A stretch of DNA of 60,099 nucleotides, filler included, from Basidiobolus meristosporus CBS 931.73 (lineage: Eukaryota; Fungi; Basidiobolomycota): NCBI GenBank assembly GCA_002104905.1. It is 3 parts of 3 records of this genome, joined end to end, with 100 filler letters (N's around TTAATTAATTAA, not from the genome) between each part and the next. Parts side by side here need not be neighbours in the genome. Positions count along the whole stretch, not along the records: positions 45,101 to 60,099 come from MCFE01001160.1; 2 more parts are not named here. One strand, 5' to 3'. Within the stretch, counting starts at the first letter, position 1. Each line of letters begins with the position of its first letter. Position numbers and translations under genes: made by a program. The notes under the pieces are model-generated. The model worked only from the letters and a program-made list of their open reading frames with translations. It searched no databases and was not told where the DNA came from. Positions 46,204 to 56,926 of the stretch are shown here, one piece after another.

Positions 46204-47269
46204 TATGTCAACAGTCTCATATATGTGGTTTACTCTGAGTCAAGAGTTTGGTATCAATTTGGTGTCTGTGGCAGTAACAATTAGGTTAGGATGCAGGTGT
46301 TGTACCAAAGGTTGGAAAAGGCCACAAAATGTACTAAATTGCATATTTCATCTGAATATTTTGTCAATACTGGCATGCATCTCATTGCCAGCAAGTCTGG
46401 GTATTTTTCCCAAGTATTCACTATTGGTATGTACCTTGAGTATTTTACCAAGATACTATATACTCAACACCTATGAAGTAGTTGAGCTGTCTCAAAGCCT
46501 CCAAACTTTGCATGAATATTCTTGGGCCCCTCAATTACCTACCAGTATCTGGTGTAATCATCAATAAATGTGATCAACTACTTTTCTCTGCTAAGGGATA
46601 AATTTGCATAGGGTGACATTGATTTCAGTCAGAAGTATTAGAGATCAGAATATACACTAACTGATCTATGACCAAGTAAAGTAGCTGAGAAAAGGTGTGC
46701 ACAATACTATCATAATAATAGCTGAGTTCCAAGTGTCCCAAGTCTGAGAGCTCTCAACATCTCAGGTATTAGTTGTTGGGGAGACTAGTAGACAAATCTT
46801 TCAAGCAGAGACTATGCCAGCTAGCATATATGCATATTTGGTAATCAGCTGCTCCCTATGTTCATCAAGAGTTGCAACTGAAAACTTGAAGGACAAATAC
46901 CAGCTGATTGCCAGCAAAGTACCATTAGTATACCAGCAGGATACACACTAAATGTGAGATGCATCTCAGGTCTGAGATTTTCAAAGGGTACACTCCATTA
47001 TATCTGGAAGCCAGTATATATAACTGAAGTAAGGAAGCTTTAGTGCTTTTGAACAAAAGATTAAAACCCATCAGCTTGAATATTTGAGAAAAATGATCCA
47101 AAATTAGTTAGTTTGTGAAGTAAAAATTAATCTTCCAGTTAACCTGGAGCACCAAGAAGCTTGTATATATTAGAGATAAGCCATAAACTGTTCAAGAGTT
47201 TGATGTTAATTAATGGTAAGAAAAACCTAAGTCTAGTTCACAGTAAGCTTTGTAGAGCTATACAACATT

Positions 47270-48175
47270 TGTTGTTAAAATTTGTAATTCCACCTGGATA
47301 TTAACCCAACTTAGTCACTTGGTGCTGTAAGAGTCTTGGAGATATTGGAAGTGATTGGGAGAGCTAGTAGATTATGAGGTTTTCACTTAATGCAGATAGA
47401 GTGGGTTAAGGAAGATCCCAAGAGCCTGTGTGCAAAGATTGGGGCTGTAGGAACAACTTTGAGAACTTTCATGTTCTGGGTGCTTGGCATTTTGGTGAAA
47501 ATATTCTAAGCAAATCCCAACCAGGAATTTGGTCAGTATTCTCTAGGATTTGAAGGTAATGATCCAAGTGACTAAGTTAGGTGAATATTTAGGTGGAACT
47601 ACAAATTTTAACAACACTTAGATCATTATCTTCAGATCCTAGAGAATACTGACCTGATTCCTGGTTGGGATTTACTTAGAATATTTACCCAGAACATGAA
47701 AATCACATAGGTTGTACAAACAGCCCCAAACTTTGCACACATGTTCTTGCAACCTTCATTAATCTATTCTACATGCTTATCATGCCAATACCATGCAAAA
47801 GTATAAATACTACTTTTACATTCAAAAAGTCATTAAGGGAAAACCACATAATCCACTTGTTCTCCCAAACTCTTCCAATATCTCCAAGACTCTTACAGCA
47901 GGTTATGAGCTCCAAGCTTTCACTCTCTGCAATGTTCACTACTGCTATTACTGGAATTTTTCCCTCTGCTGAAAAGTTGAATGGATCTAACTACCAAGTG
48001 TGGAAGGTGAAGATGAAGATGCTGCTAAAAGAAAGGGGCCTTTAGGATAATGTCAAGGGAGAAGAATGCCCTCCTAAAAATGTGGGAGAGAAATCCTTAA
48101 AGTGCTGGAAGAAAGAACAAAGTGCCTTTAACTGCATTTGCCTTAACATCAAAGGCAAATTGCTAATTCAATGCT
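47270..48175 (+). mobile_element. Jumbled copia LTR fragments, a 5' LTR remnant, PBS and start of gag
   Basis: LTR pieces in both orientations. GGTTATGAGC PBS near 47901 and EKLNGSNYQVWKVKMKMLL. Confidence 0.8.
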
Positions 48176-48690
48176 TGTTGTATCCAAGAGAAAAGTGTAA
48201 TAAAACTTTTGAATGAGGTAACTGAACCTAAGTGACAACTAAATGCAGAATCTTAAAATTGTCAGGAGTGTCAGAAATATTAGCAGAGAGGTTCTGGTCT
48301 AATATTGGCCTTATATATAGCTGAGTTGGGCTTATAAAGGCAACAGAGTAGGTTTGCTATGCAGGCTAGGCTTGGTGTTCTTGAGAGTGCTAGATATGCT
48401 AAGCTTGGGTAGAAACTAGAATGGATTTGTTGAATTCTTAATTTTGTTGAGACACACACTAAACCAAAAGGTTCAGTAAACTTTATTTATACTTTTCTGA
48501 TTGAGTTGCATTAGTAAGCTCCAAGAGACTGGACTAATTGAGATTTGTTGGGGTGTTGATAGGTGCATAAGATAAATGAAAAAGTGCATCATTGATCAGC
48601 TGATGTCTTGGCAACTGCTAAGTGGTTGGATAAATCTCAGATAACTAATAGCTTGGAAAGGCTTAGCAGATCAGTTGAGTACATTATGAC
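48176..48690. repeat. LTR-B copy inserted in copia gag
   Basis: Matches 9522-10030. Confidence 0.75.
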
Positions 48691-50215
48691 TGTTGTAAGA
48701 GTCTTGGAGATATTGGAAGTGATTTGGAGAACAAGTAGATTATGTGGTTTTCACTTAATGATTTATTGAATGTAAAAGTAGTATTTATACTTTTACCTGG
48801 TCTTGGCATTACAAACACGTAGAATAGGCCAAGGAAGGTCCCAAGAACATGTGTGCAAAGTTTGGGGCTGTTTGGACAACTTTGAGAATTTTCATGTTCT
48901 GGGTACCTGGTATTTTGGTGAAAATATTCTAAGTAAATCCCAACAAGGAATTTGGTCAGTATTCTCTAGGATTTGAAGATGATGATCTAAGTGACTAAGT
49001 TAGGTGAATATTTAGGTGGAAATACGGACTTTTACAACACTCCCACTCAGCTAAATGTTCATACTGACTAGTCCTAATTTTGACCTAAGACATTCAAACT
49101 TGTCTCTAGCTAATGGTTTGGTAAATATGTCTGCAATCATTTCATCTGTAGGACAGTAAACTAAGCTAACTTAGTTATTCTCTATAGCTTCACGTATGAA
49201 ATGATGTCTAATATCTATGTGCTTGGTTCTAGCATGAAAAGTTGGACTTCTACCTAATTGTATACATCCTTGAATATCTTGAAATAACGTAATAGGAGCT
49301 TTTTGACATAGGCCTAAATCTGTAAAGAGCTTTCTTAACCACATTGCTTCTTTTGTAGCTTCACAGGCTGCCATATACTCCGCCTCTGTAGTAGAAAGTG
49401 CTACAGTTGGTTGCTTTCTTGAATTCCATGAAATTGCTCCTTTACAGTAAAGAAAGATGTATCCTGTGGTGGATCTTCTGTCTTCCAAATTTCGTCCCCA
49501 ATCAGCATCAGAGTATCCAACAAGATCCTGTTCTGAATCCTTATAAGTGTATCTTAAGCAGATATCAGCAGTTCCTTTTAGGTATCTAAAAATCCGCTTA
49601 ACTGCTGCAATATGATCAGATCCATAATTCTGACTATGTTGGCTAACAACTCCCACTGAATATGAGATATCTGGACGTGTTCCAAGCATGATATACATCA
49701 GACTGCCAACCATAGATTGATAAGGAAAGTCAGGGCTTTTAGATGGCACCAAGCGCTCTTGATTTGGTTGAGCTTTGACCAAGTTAAGATTTGTCTCCAT
49801 TGGGGTAGCTGCTGGTTTACAGTCTTCCATTTTGTACTTCTTTAGTATATCTTTAATATACTTGGATTGGCTTAGGGAAATAGTCTGGGTACTTCTGTCT
49901 ATGGAGAACTTAATCCCTAAGCAGTAACTAAGTTCTCCTAGATTGGACATCTTGAACTCCTTAGATAGGCTGGATTTAGTCTCTTCCAATGTTTCTAGGT
50001 TATTGGTGGCTATAATAAGATCATCCACGTATAGAGCTAATAGAACTGGATTTGCTCTATCTGGCTTATAGTATATACTATAGTCAGCATTACTCCTTTT
50101 GAAACTCAAAGATTCCAAACAAGAATCTATCTTGCAATTCCAGGCTCTTGGTGATTGTTTGAGACCGTATAGTGACTTTTTAAGCTTGCAGACCAAATGG
50201 GGGTTATCTTGGTCA
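48691..50215 (-). mobile_element. 3' part of a young copia (RT-RNase H, PPT, 3' LTR 48691-49039), 5' portion replaced by the LINE
   Basis: Nearly identical to 53500-55015. Ends at GGTCA, followed by GCT and TTAGGGGGG. Confidence 0.92.
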
Positions 50216-50678
50216 GCTTTAGGGGGGAGACAGTCACCAACAGGCAAAATCTTTATTTCAGTTGAAACAAAGAAGCCAGCGCTACTGTTGTAGCTTTGAT
50301 ACAAGAGCGTGTAGCTGAGGGGAATTTGTGTTGTAAAAATTCGTATTTTCCACCTAAATATTCACCTAACTTAGTCACTTAGATCATCATCTTCAAATCC
50401 TAGAGAATACTGACCAAATTCCTTGTCGGGATTTACTTAGAATATTTTCACCAAAATACCAGGTACCCAGAACATGAAAATTCTCAAAGTTGTCCAAACA
50501 GCCCCAAACTTTGCACACATGTTCTTGGGACCTTCCTTAACCTATTCTACGTGTTTGTAATGCCAAGACCATGTAAAAGTATAAATACTACTTTTACATT
50601 CAATAAATCATTAAGTGAAAACCACATAATCTACTTGTTCTCCCAATCACTTCCAATATCTCCAAGACTCTTACAACA

Positions 50679-50690
50679 GGTTATGAGCCC
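50679..50690 (+). promoter_or_regulatory. Primer-binding site complementary to the anticodon arm of initiator tRNA-Met
   Basis: GGTTATGAGCCC is the reverse complement of GGGCUCAUAACC. It directly follows the 5' LTR, also at 36415, 39786 and 47901. Confidence 0.85.
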
Positions 50691-50709
50691 CGAGCTGTCA
50701 CTCTCTGCA

Positions 50710-53700
50710 ATGTCTACTACTGCTATTACTGGAATTTTTCCCTCTGCTGAAAAGTTGGATGGATCTAACTACCAAGTGTGGAAGGTGAAGATGAAGATGC
50801 TGCTGCAAGAAAGAGGCCTTTGGGATATTGTCATGGGAGAAGAATGCCCTCCTAAAAACGTGGGAGAGGAAGCCTTAAAGTACCAGAAGAAAGAACAAAG
50901 TGCCTTTAACTGCATTTGCCTTAATGTCAAGGACAAATTGCTAATTCAATGCTCAAGAGCAAAAACGGCAAAGAATGCCTGGAAAGCATTAGAAGACACC
51001 TACCAGTCATGTTCAGCTGCCAAGAAAATGTATCTGAGAAGAAAATTCTTTACTACAAAGATGCTGCCAGGAGAAGAAATGAAAAATCTAATTAACAGAA
51101 TTACCCTGCTGGTAGATGAGATGGAATCTGTGGGCGTACCAACTACTGATGAGGATGTGATAGTTACCATCCTGAATAGCCTGACAGACGAGTTTCAGGG
51201 CCTTGTATCAGCCCTAGAGTCCAGAACTGAAGATTTGACCTTAAATTACGTATATGGAAGGCTCCTGGATGAAGAATTAAGAAAATCAAGCGCCAATAAG
51301 AAGGAAGAAGAAAATGCTTTAATAAGCAATGATAACCAACAAAGGAGGTACCCAAGACCCTACAAAGGCAACAGCAACCTATTTTGCAACTACTGCAAAA
51401 GGAAAGGACACACATCAGACCGGTGTTTCAAAAAGAGAGATTATCAGCAAAAGAAGCCTGAATATGGAAATGCTGTAACAACTGAAGATAGACTATTCAT
51501 ATCTGCACTAAATATGACCACAAACAAGGATTCTCAGACGTGGTATATTGACTCTGGAGCTTCTCAACACTTTACACACCAAAAAGAACTTTTTACCCAA
51601 TATCAAGAAATTCCAATTAAGAAGGTTTTCATGGGTGACGATAGAACACTTGATGCAGTAGGGAGAAGGAACTATCCAAGTAAACCTTAGAAGCAGTGAA
51701 GGAAGCCATACACTGACCTTTAAAGAAGTACTCTATGTACCAGAAATAGCCAAGAACCTACTCTCTGTAAGCAAGGCCACAGCAGAAGGACTCAGTTTCA
51801 GTTTTGACAATTCTGGATGCAGGATCACTGATCAAAATGGTGCCCATATTGCTTCGGGCATCAGAGATCAGAACCTATACAAGTTGACTTATATTCCATC
51901 ATATCTGGAAGCCAATATAAGTAACTTAAATGAAGAAACACCAATGCTTTGGCACAGGAGATTTGGACACATCAATTTTGATTATTTGCGTAAAATGATC
52001 AAAGATCAGCTAATTTCTGGAGTGAAAATTGATCCCCCAGCTATTTTGGAGCACTGTGAAGCCTGCATATATGGGAAACAAGCCAGACAACCGTTCAAGA
52101 GCTCTGGGTTAATCAAAACTAAGAAAAAATTAGATCTAATTCACTCAGATCTGTGTGGACCTATGCAAAATTTATCCTTAGGCGGGATGAAGTATTTAAT
52201 CACTTTTATTGATGATTATACAAGATACACATGGGTCTACTTCATGGAGAGAAAGGAAGAAGCTCTGTCTAAGCTCAGGGAGTTTAAAGCCATGGTGGAG
52301 AGAGAAACTGGTGAAAAAATCAAGAAAATACGCTCTGACAATGGTGGAGAATATACCTCAAAACTCTTCATCCACTTCTGCAAAATTCATGGGATAAAGC
52401 AAGAGACTACTGTACCATACTCCCCACAGCAAAATGGAGTAGCAGAACGAGCTAACAGATCAATAATTGATATGGCAAGATCTATGATCCATGATCAAAA
52501 ATTATCCTATGATTTTTGGGCGGAATCAGTTGCCACTGCTGTATATCTTAAAAATAGGAGTTATAACAGAATACTTCGTGATTCTACTCCATTTGAAGCA
52601 TGGTATGGATACAGACCAAGTGCAGAACATCTAAGAATATTTGGGTGTACAGCATATGCCAAAAAACTGGCCGGAAATCAGTCAAAATTTGAGCCAAAAA
52701 GTGTAAAATGCATATTTTTGGGCTACTGCAATGAGAGTAAGGCATACAGACTCTACAATACCGAAGCAAAGAAGCTGATCAAGTCCAGGGATGTGTTGTT
52801 TGATGAAAATTCAAAATTTTCACAAAAAATGACATCAGATGATGACGAAAATTTGATCTCAAGTCCACCAATTGTCAGGATTGAATCAGAGCAAAACAAT
52901 GAAAATTTTTTCACTCCAGAGGACTCTACAACCGTGGTTCAGCCAGAATCAGTGCCCAGGAATATCCCAGAAGTGATCATTCCAGTATCAAATGCCCGGA
53001 GATCCAATCGGACAAGAAATAGCCCAAATTACTATATCAATGAGGGTACAAACTTAGCCTATGCCTATTCAGTCCATGTTGATGAACCCCAGACTGTAAA
53101 AGAGGCCCTAAATAGCCCTCAGACGAAGTTTTGGAGATCTGCAATGACTGAGGAATATCAGGCCCTGATGGAAAATCAAACTTGGGACTTAGTCAAATTA
53201 CCAATCAACCGAAAATCAATTGGATGCAGATGGGTCTTCAAGACAAAATACAAGGCTGATGGTACAATTGAAAGATACAAAGCAAGACTTGTAGCCAAAG
53301 GATACTCTCAAACAAAAGGACTTGACTATACTGAGACCTTTGCACCGGTAGCCAAGTTTAATTCCATCAGATTAATATTGGCTATTGCAGCCAAATATAA
53401 GTTTTTTATTCATCAAATGGATGTAAAAACTGCATTTTTGAATGGAGAACTTGATGAGGACGTGTATATGGACCAGCCTGATGGGTTTGTTGACCAAGAT
53501 AACCCCCATTTGGTCTGCAAGCTTAAAAAGTCACTATATGGTCTCAAACAATCACCGAGAGCCTGGAATTGCAAGATAGATTCTTATTTGGAATCTTTGA
53601 GTTTCAAAAGGAGTAATGCTGACTATAGTATATACTATAAGCCAGATAGAGCAAATCCAGTTCTATTAGCTCTATATGTGGATGATCTTATTATAGCCGC

Positions 53701-54655
53701 CAATAACCTAGAAACATTGGAAGAGACTAAATCCAGCCTATCTAAGGAGTTCAAGATGTCCGATCTAGGAGAACTTAGTTACTACTTAGGGATTAAGTTC
53801 TCCATAGACAGAAGTACCCAGACTATTACCCTAAGCCAATCCAAGTATATTCAAGATATACTAAAGAAGTACAAAATGGAAGACTGTAAACCGGCAGCTA
53901 CCCCAATGGAGACAAACCTTAACTTGGTCAAAACTCAACCAAATCAAGAGAGCTTGGTGCCATCTGAAAGCCCTGACTTTCCTTATCAATCTATGGTCGG
54001 CAGTCTGATGTATATCATGCTTGGAACACGTCCAGATATCTCATATTCAGTGGGAGTTGTCAGCCAACATAATCAGAATTATGGATCTGATCATATTGCA
54101 GCAGTTAAGCGGATTTTTAGATACCTAAAAGGAACTGCTGATATCTGCTTAAGATACACTTATAAGGATTCAGAACAGGATCTTGTGGGATACTCTGATG
54201 CTGATTGGGGACGAAATTTAGAAGACAGAAGATCCACCACAGGATACACCTTTCTTTACTGTAAAGGAGCCATTTCATGGAATTCAAGAAAGCAACCAAC
54301 CGTAGCACTTTCTACTACAGAGGCAGAGTATATGGCAGCCTGTGAAGCTACAAAAGAAGCAATGTGGTTAAGAAAGCTCTTTACAGATTTAGGCCTATGT
54401 CAAAAAACGCCTATTACTTTATTTCAAGATAATCAAGGATGTATACAATTAGGTAGAAATCCAACTTTTCATGCTAGAACCAAGCACATAGATATTAGAC
54501 ATCATTTCATACGTGAAGCTATAGAGAATAACTTAGTTAGCTTAGTTTACTGTCCTACAGATGAAATGATTGCAGACATATTTACCAAACCATTAGCTAG
54601 AGACAAGTTTGAATATCTTAGGTCAAAATTAGGACTAGTCAGTATGAACATTTAG
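50710..54655 (+). CDS. Copia gag-pol polyprotein with a single +1 G near 51661 splitting it into two ORFs
   Basis: CNYCKRKGHTSDRC knuckle, WYIDSGAS protease, SDLCGP/SDNGGEY integrase, HQMDVKTAFLNG and LYVDD RT, GYSDADW RNase H. GTAGGGAGAAGGA here versus GTGGGAGAAGGA in the 37388 copy. Confidence 0.9.
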
Positions 54656-56315
54656 CTGAGTGGGAGTGTTGTAAAAATTCGTATTTTCCACCTAAATATT
54701 CACCTAACTTAGTCACTTAGATCATCATCTTCAAATCCTAGAGAATACTGACCAAATTCCTTGTCGGGATTTACTTAGAATATTTTCACCAAAATACCAG
54801 GTACCCAGAACATGAAAATTCTCAAAGTTGTCCAAACAGCCCCAAACTTTGCACACATGTTCTTGGGACCTTCCTTAACCTATTCTACGTGTTTGTAATG
54901 CCAAGACCATGTAAAAGTATAAATACTACTTTTACATTCAATAAATCATTAAGTGAAAACCACATAATCTACTTGTTCTCCAATCACTTCCAATATCTCC
55001 AAGACTCTTACAACAATTTGTAGGTAAGTTAATAAGAAGTGATGATAGTTCTTCAGTGCTCAAGACACTGTTCAGTGGGAAGGGGGGTAGCAAGAGAGGT
55101 AAGAATGACTTGTGAACAACATTAATGAGGGGAATGTGATAAGGATTGATATTCATCATAAATGGAGTGTGCTGCTGCAGATATTGCTGCCAATGGTCTG
55201 TCAAGTACTTCAGGTAGGCCAGCTTGGGTTTTTCTGACTGCAGAATATAATGAGCAAACTTCTTGACTTCAGGATCTCCAAGTATAGCTCTCCAGCAGGA
55301 GCCAGGTGTAGTGTGGTGTGTTCTCTTCCAGGCCTTAATCAGTGGGTTGTTGCAGTTGTGAAGTCTGAGATATAATCTGGTTCTAAGGTAGAGAAGTCTG
55401 ATCTTATAGGGCATAAACCCAAAAGCACCAAGAATAGCATGTCTGTAGGGGCATTCAGGCAAATGAGGCACCAAGGAGGTAATGCACCATACTGCAAACT
55501 TGTCAAGCTTAGTGCAGTCTCTATAAGTAAGAGAGAGAAGTGGTAAGCCAAATTCCAGGACAGGGAAGACAAACTGCTTGAGTAGAAGGAGGCAGCTGGG
55601 AGCTGAAGTTTTAGGAGGAGTAACAGCCAGTAGCTTGTGGAGTGCCTGTCTTGCCAGGATAATTCTCTTCTTCAGGTGTGCCCCAGAGTCTAGTCCAGTA
55701 GGAAGAAAAGGAAAGCCAAGATATGTAGCAGAAACCTGAGCAGGTAGAGTGGAGTTCTCCAAGTTGATGGGAGTGCCCAAAGGTACTGTCTTTGCAATGG
55801 AAAGCTGGAGATTATTGTTCTGCAGATACTGGTGGATGGTCTGGGAGTCTTGTTGCACATTGGAGGAGGATATTCTGATGTCATCAGCAAAGAGAGTAAC
55901 CAGGCGGTCAGCTGAGAGTCTTGGGAAATCATTCAGGAAGATGGCAAACAGTATAGGACGGACCAAGCACAGAGCCTTGAACCACTCCATTAGGAACTGA
56001 GAACACAGCTGATTGCTCACTTGGGTGCAGAATTCTTGCTTGTGAATCCAGAAACAGAGACCTGACAAGGAGGGCAAGAGAGGTACTGGAGAAGCATTGC
56101 AACTTGGACCAAAGCAGATTTCTGTCAGCTGAATCAAAGGCCTTAGTAATATCAAACAGAACAGAGGGATACTTGCACTGGAGAGAGTGATCTTGGCTAA
56201 GTATGACTGCATATTCCAAGGAGAGGCCAGGAACAAAGCCAAACTGTGCAGGATGAAACTTGAGGGAGTCAGAGTAGAGCTACTGAGCAAGCAGAAGCTC
56301 AAACACCTTTCTGCA

Positions 56316-56660
56316 GGGTTAGGGGGGATGATAATCACCACAGGGTGAAATCTTTATTTATATCATAAATAAAGAAGTCAAATTTGAATATTAATATTTG
56401 AGATGCAGTAAGCCTACAAGATAAACTTTGACTTTGCTGTATCCCAAATATCCTCAATAATAAAGTCTAGAGGGGAATGTAGCAAAACTGCCTGTTCACT
56501 GTAGTGTTTCTTGAGGAAGTTTGTGACTTGAAGGGAAGGAGAGTTTTTCAGCAAGCTGGTAAACCATTTGAGGAGGTCTTTTTCCAGAGAAAATGGTACA
56601 AAGAGTGGAATGTCTAAATGATGTCTGAATATATGCTCTGAGAGCTCCCAATCCTGCATA
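56316..56660 (-). mobile_element. 5'-truncated family C (ORF1-only) element
   Basis: Matches 40806-41150 with substitutions. Same 3' hairpins and GGGTTAGGGGGG junction. Confidence 0.85.
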
Positions 56661-56863
56661 TTTAGGGGGGGGGAGACAGTCACCAACAGGTGAGATCTTT
56701 ATTACAGTTGAAACAAAGAAGCCAGCGCTACTGTTGTAGCTTTGATACAAGAGTGTGTAGCTGAGGGGAATTTGTAGGTAAGTTAATAAGAAGTGATGAT
56801 AGTTCTTCAGTGCTCAAGACACTGTTCAGTGGGAAGGGGGGTAGCAAGAGAGGTAAGAATGAC
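56661..56863 (-). mobile_element. About 200-bp 3' fragment of LINE family A
   Basis: TTAGGGGGGGGGAGACAGTCACC... through ...GTAAGAATGAC. Confidence 0.88.
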
Positions 56864-56926
56864 TTAGGGGGGAGACAGTCACCAACAGGTGAAATCTTTA
56901 TTTCAGTTGAAACAAAGAAGCCAGCG

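Larger units (their letters stand above)
50329..55015 (+). mobile_element. Full-length, very young Ty1/copia element with Hemivirus-type PBS
   Basis: LTRs 50329-50678 and 54667-55015 differ, by eye, only by a 1-nt indel in a C run. TG...CA ends, 5-bp TSD ATTTG, PBS, and PPT (TGAGTGGGAG) before the 3' LTR. Confidence 0.97.
50219..56315 (-). mobile_element. 5'-truncated telomeric LINE (family A) split by the copia into 50219-50328 and 55016-56315
   Basis: GGAATTTG|...|ATTTGTAGGTAAG restores the uninterrupted LINE sequence. A 4-bp duplication near 55957 frameshifts its RT. Confidence 0.92.

Noticed and set aside
46204-47270. Possible transposase remnant
   Set aside because: CpG-depleted and probably repeat-derived, but no motif I can support.
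51640-51700. Programmed gag-pol frameshift in the young copia
   Set aside because: The break lies inside the protease region, is one extra G in a G run and is absent from the sister copy at about 37390; mutation or sequencing error is more likely.
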